DNA of 64,000 nucleotides, from positions 50,346 through 114,345 of the forward strand of contig JABIBU010000022.1 of the NCBI GenBank assembly GCA_018652595.1, in the 5' to 3' direction. The translations under genes were made by a program, and so were the position numbers. Numbering within the stretch: the first letter of the stretch is position 1; every line of letters begins with the position of its first letter. Of the stretch, positions 61,601 through 64,000 are shown in pieces. The notes beneath the pieces were generated by a model. That model worked only from the letters and a program-made list of their open reading frames with translations, searched no databases and was not told where the DNA came from. The DNA comes from Candidatus Magasanikiibacteriota bacterium (lineage in GTDB: Bacteria; Patescibacteriota; Patescibacteriia; Magasanikbacterales; UBA922).

Positions 61601-63973
61601 CTAGTACTTCATCTCTTCTTCCTCATCATCATCGTCGTCATAACCATCTTCGTTATCCTCATCCAAGCCTTCGTCTTCTTCATCGTCTTCCAAATCATCC
61701 TCATCTTCTTCGCTTTCTTCTTCCAACTCCTCATCTTCATTCTCGTCATCTTCTAGGTTTTCATCATCTTCATCGTCAAACACATTCAACTCACCGCCAG
61801 CGTCCATTGCTTCCTCTATCACTCGCTCAGTAATTAAAATTTCTCGTGGCTTGGCACCATCTGCCGGACCAATAATACCAGCAGACTCGAGCTCGTCTAG
61901 AATCCTAGCTGCACGCGCATATCCAATTTTCATACGACGCTGCAAAAATGACGCACTCGCCTTTCCAGCATCTAAAATTACTTCTCTGGCCTGATTAAAC
62001 AGAGCATCTTGATCGTCTGATGGGCCACCAAACATGCTAGATGTTCCGTTTCCACCCTTTTCTACAATTGAATCATCATACTCTACCTTTTCACCAGATT
62101 TGAGATAGTCCACTACGGCATTTACTTCATTTTCTGAAATAAATGCACCTTGTACACGCTTTGGCTTGGACATGTCTGCTGTAAGGAAGAGCATGTCACC
62201 ACGGCCCAACAGCTTGTCTGCGCCAGGACAATCCAGGATTGTACGCGAATCAATAATGGACGCAACTGAAAAGGCAATCCTAGCTGGAATATTAGCTTTC
62301 ATTAGCCCAGTAATAATATCTACTGACGGTCGCTGAGTGGCTACGATCAAATGAATACCAACAGCACGAGCCATTTGGGCCAAACGAATAATCCCAGCTT
62401 CAACTTCGGATGCAGCCGATGCCATCAGATCTGCCAACTCATCGATAATAAATACCAAGCGAGGAATTTTATCATTTGGGTGTTTTTTATTATAAGAGCC
62501 AATATCACGACTTCCATCAGCTGCAAGCATTTCAAATCTCCTGTCCATTTCCCCAGTTGTCCATTTCAAAGCATTTACTGTTTTTTGGACATTGGTAATA
62601 ACAGGAGTAAGTAAGTGCGGAATGCCATTGTATAGTGTTAATTCAACTCGTTTTGGATCTACCATTATAAAACGCAGGTCCTCTGCAGTATTTTGATATA
62701 GCAGACTCATTATAATCGTGTTGATACAGACTGTCTTACCAGCACCAGTAGCACCAGCAACGAGCAGATGAGGCATCTTTGGTAAGTCTGCAAACCAGAC
62801 TTTACCGGCCACATCTTTTCCAAGAGCAATCATCATATTGTGATCACGGCGAACAAATTCTTTTGATTCCAAAGTCTCCTTTAGGGTTACCATGGCCGCT
62901 TTATGGTTTGGCACTTCTATTCCAACTAATGATTTACCAGGAATTGGCGCTTCCATTCTAATTGGATGAGCTGCCAAAGCCAAAGACAAATCATTTGATA
63001 GAGACGTAATCCTAGAAAGCTTTATGCCTTTATCAGGTTTTAGAGAGTATTGTGTAACGGTCGGACCAACTCGCACCTCACCTACCTCAACACCGATATT
63101 AAATTCGGAAAAAGTATCGTGAATAATCGCTGCGTTAGCCTTTATATCACCACTGGTTGGCTTGCTTTTTTTGGTGGTAAGCAGGCTAACTGGAGGAACA
63201 TTTTTTATAACAACCTTTTTGTCCCAAGGTGAAGACTCGTGCTTTTTTTGTTTTCCTCCATCTTCTTCGTCTTCTTCATCCTCATCTTCTTCGTTCAATT
63301 TCTTTTTTGCAAAAATAGATTTCTTTTTGGGCTCATCTTCCTCATCTTCTTCCTCGTATTCATCTTCTTCGTCCTCGTACTCTTCTTCATCTTCATATTC
63401 ATCATAGTCCCCCTCTACTTCTGTCCGTTTTTCCCCCTTACGGACAAAGACACTAAATGATCCAACAATCACTCTACCAATCCAACCTAGACCGGCAAAT
63501 AATTTTTTGTTTATCATTATAAAATGAGTAACCGAAGTATTAAAAATCAAAAAGACCGACACTGCCACCATGCCAACCAGAATAACACCCCCAGCAACAG
63601 TACCGAGATATTCACGCAGTGGCCAAGCCATCATACCAAAAATTCCACCACCATGACCTTCTAGTGCCATTCTCCACATTTCATTTGTCTCAAAACCAAT
63701 ATGCATCAAGCTAGACATGGCCAAGAAAAAAATAATAGAGCCAATGCCGTGAGTCGACTTGTAGTCGTACTCGATATCCTTGAATAGGAAAAAGGCGAAA
63801 ATAAATAAAATAAATGGCACAGTAAATCGAATTGAACCAAACAAAAAGCTGAGGGCATACTCATTGAGCATTATTCCCACAGCACCGGCCTTTTCAAAAA
63901 AACTAAGCCCTACTATCACAGCAAAAATTACAAGTACAATTGCTATAATCCCCCTAGATAAAACTGGGTCCAA
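61601..63973 (-). CDS. ftsK: DNA translocase FtsK/SpoIIIE with extremely acidic linker and C-terminal tail; N-terminus continues beyond the window edge (track start is a TTG; frame stays open to 64000)
   Basis: Walker A GATGAGKTVCINT, FtsK alpha/beta motor, gamma winged-helix C-terminus; poly-D/E tracts. Confidence 0.85.
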   Translation of the reverse strand: MDPVLSRGIIAIVLVIFAVIVGLSFFEKAGAVGIMLNEYALSFLFGSIRFTVPFILFIFAFFLFKDIEYDYKSTHGIGSIIFFLAMSSLMHIGFETNEMWRMALEGHGGGIFGMMAWPLREYLGTVAGGVILVGMVAVSVFLIFNTSVTHFIMINKKLFAGLGWIGRVIVGSFSVFVRKGEKRTEVEGDYDEYEDEEEYEDEEDEYEEEDEEDEPKKKSIFAKKKLNEEDEDEEDEEDGGKQKKHESSPWDKKVVIKNVPPVSLLTTKKSKPTSGDIKANAAIIHDTFSEFNIGVEVGEVRVGPTVTQYSLKPDKGIKLSRITSLSNDLSLALAAHPIRMEAPIPGKSLVGIEVPNHKAAMVTLKETLESKEFVRRDHNMMIALGKDVAGKVWFADLPKMPHLLVAGATGAGKTVCINTIIMSLLYQNTAEDLRFIMVDPKRVELTLYNGIPHLLTPVITNVQKTVNALKWTTGEMDRRFEMLAADGSRDIGSYNKKHPNDKIPRLVFIIDELADLMASAASEVEAGIIRLAQMARAVGIHLIVATQRPSVDIITGLMKANIPARIAFSVASIIDSRTILDCPGADKLLGRGDMLFLTADMSKPKRVQGAFISENEVNAVVDYLKSGEKVEYDDSIVEKGGNGTSSMFGGPSDDQDALFNQAREVILDAGKASASFLQRRMKIGYARAARILDELESAGIIGPADGAKPREILITERVIEEAMDAGGELNVFDDEDDENLEDDENEDEELEEESEEDEDDLEDDEEDEGLDEDNEDGYDDDDDEEEEMKY

Positions 63974-64000
63974 ACTACTTTTTTTACGACGATATTTTCT

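Overview
This is an AT-rich window (roughly one-third GC by eye) from a small bacterial genome using the standard genetic code, since UGA works as a stop in all long ORFs. The gene content points to a CPR/Patescibacteria-like lineage. Housekeeping genes have no Shine-Dalgarno (SD) sequences, there is a giant multi-lamin-tail-domain (LTD) surface protein, pilB sits inside a ribosomal-protein/ftsH operon, and purine metabolism is salvage-type.

The window contains:
- A nucleotide-metabolism supercluster: gatB; guaB-purA; a HAD-phosphatase::purB fusion; a CodA-like amidohydrolase; an argG fused to a CarB-type MGS-like allosteric domain; and pyrD-pyrK-pyrE-pyrF.
- Translation and tRNA modification genes: miaA, miaB, thrS, rpsA, tsf, rpsB, efp.
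- DNA metabolism genes: gyrA, ruvA, ruvB, recA, ftsK (N-terminus runs off the window), and a class II (B12-dependent) RNR nrdJ next to a PduO-type adenosyltransferase.
- ftsH, a pilB (GspE-family) ATPase, transporters (AI-2E family, Kef/CPA2 with RCK, MgtC) and seven tRNAs in two clusters plus tRNA-Leu.
- Many clean rho-independent terminators.

The most unusual signal is a scattered set of about eight small higher-GC (about 45-50%) islets. Each encodes an orphan small protein. Each has a strong AAGGAGG/G-rich SD and often a textbook sigma70 promoter (TTGACA-N17-TATAAT), in a genome whose core genes lack SDs. Several are associated with homopolymer tracts, a frameshift, GC-rich palindromes or a tRNA-fragment duplication.

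No rRNA, CRISPR array, integrase, transposase or reverse transcriptase is recognisable. Coordinates of features not taken from the ORF track are hand-indexed and may be off by 1-2 nt.
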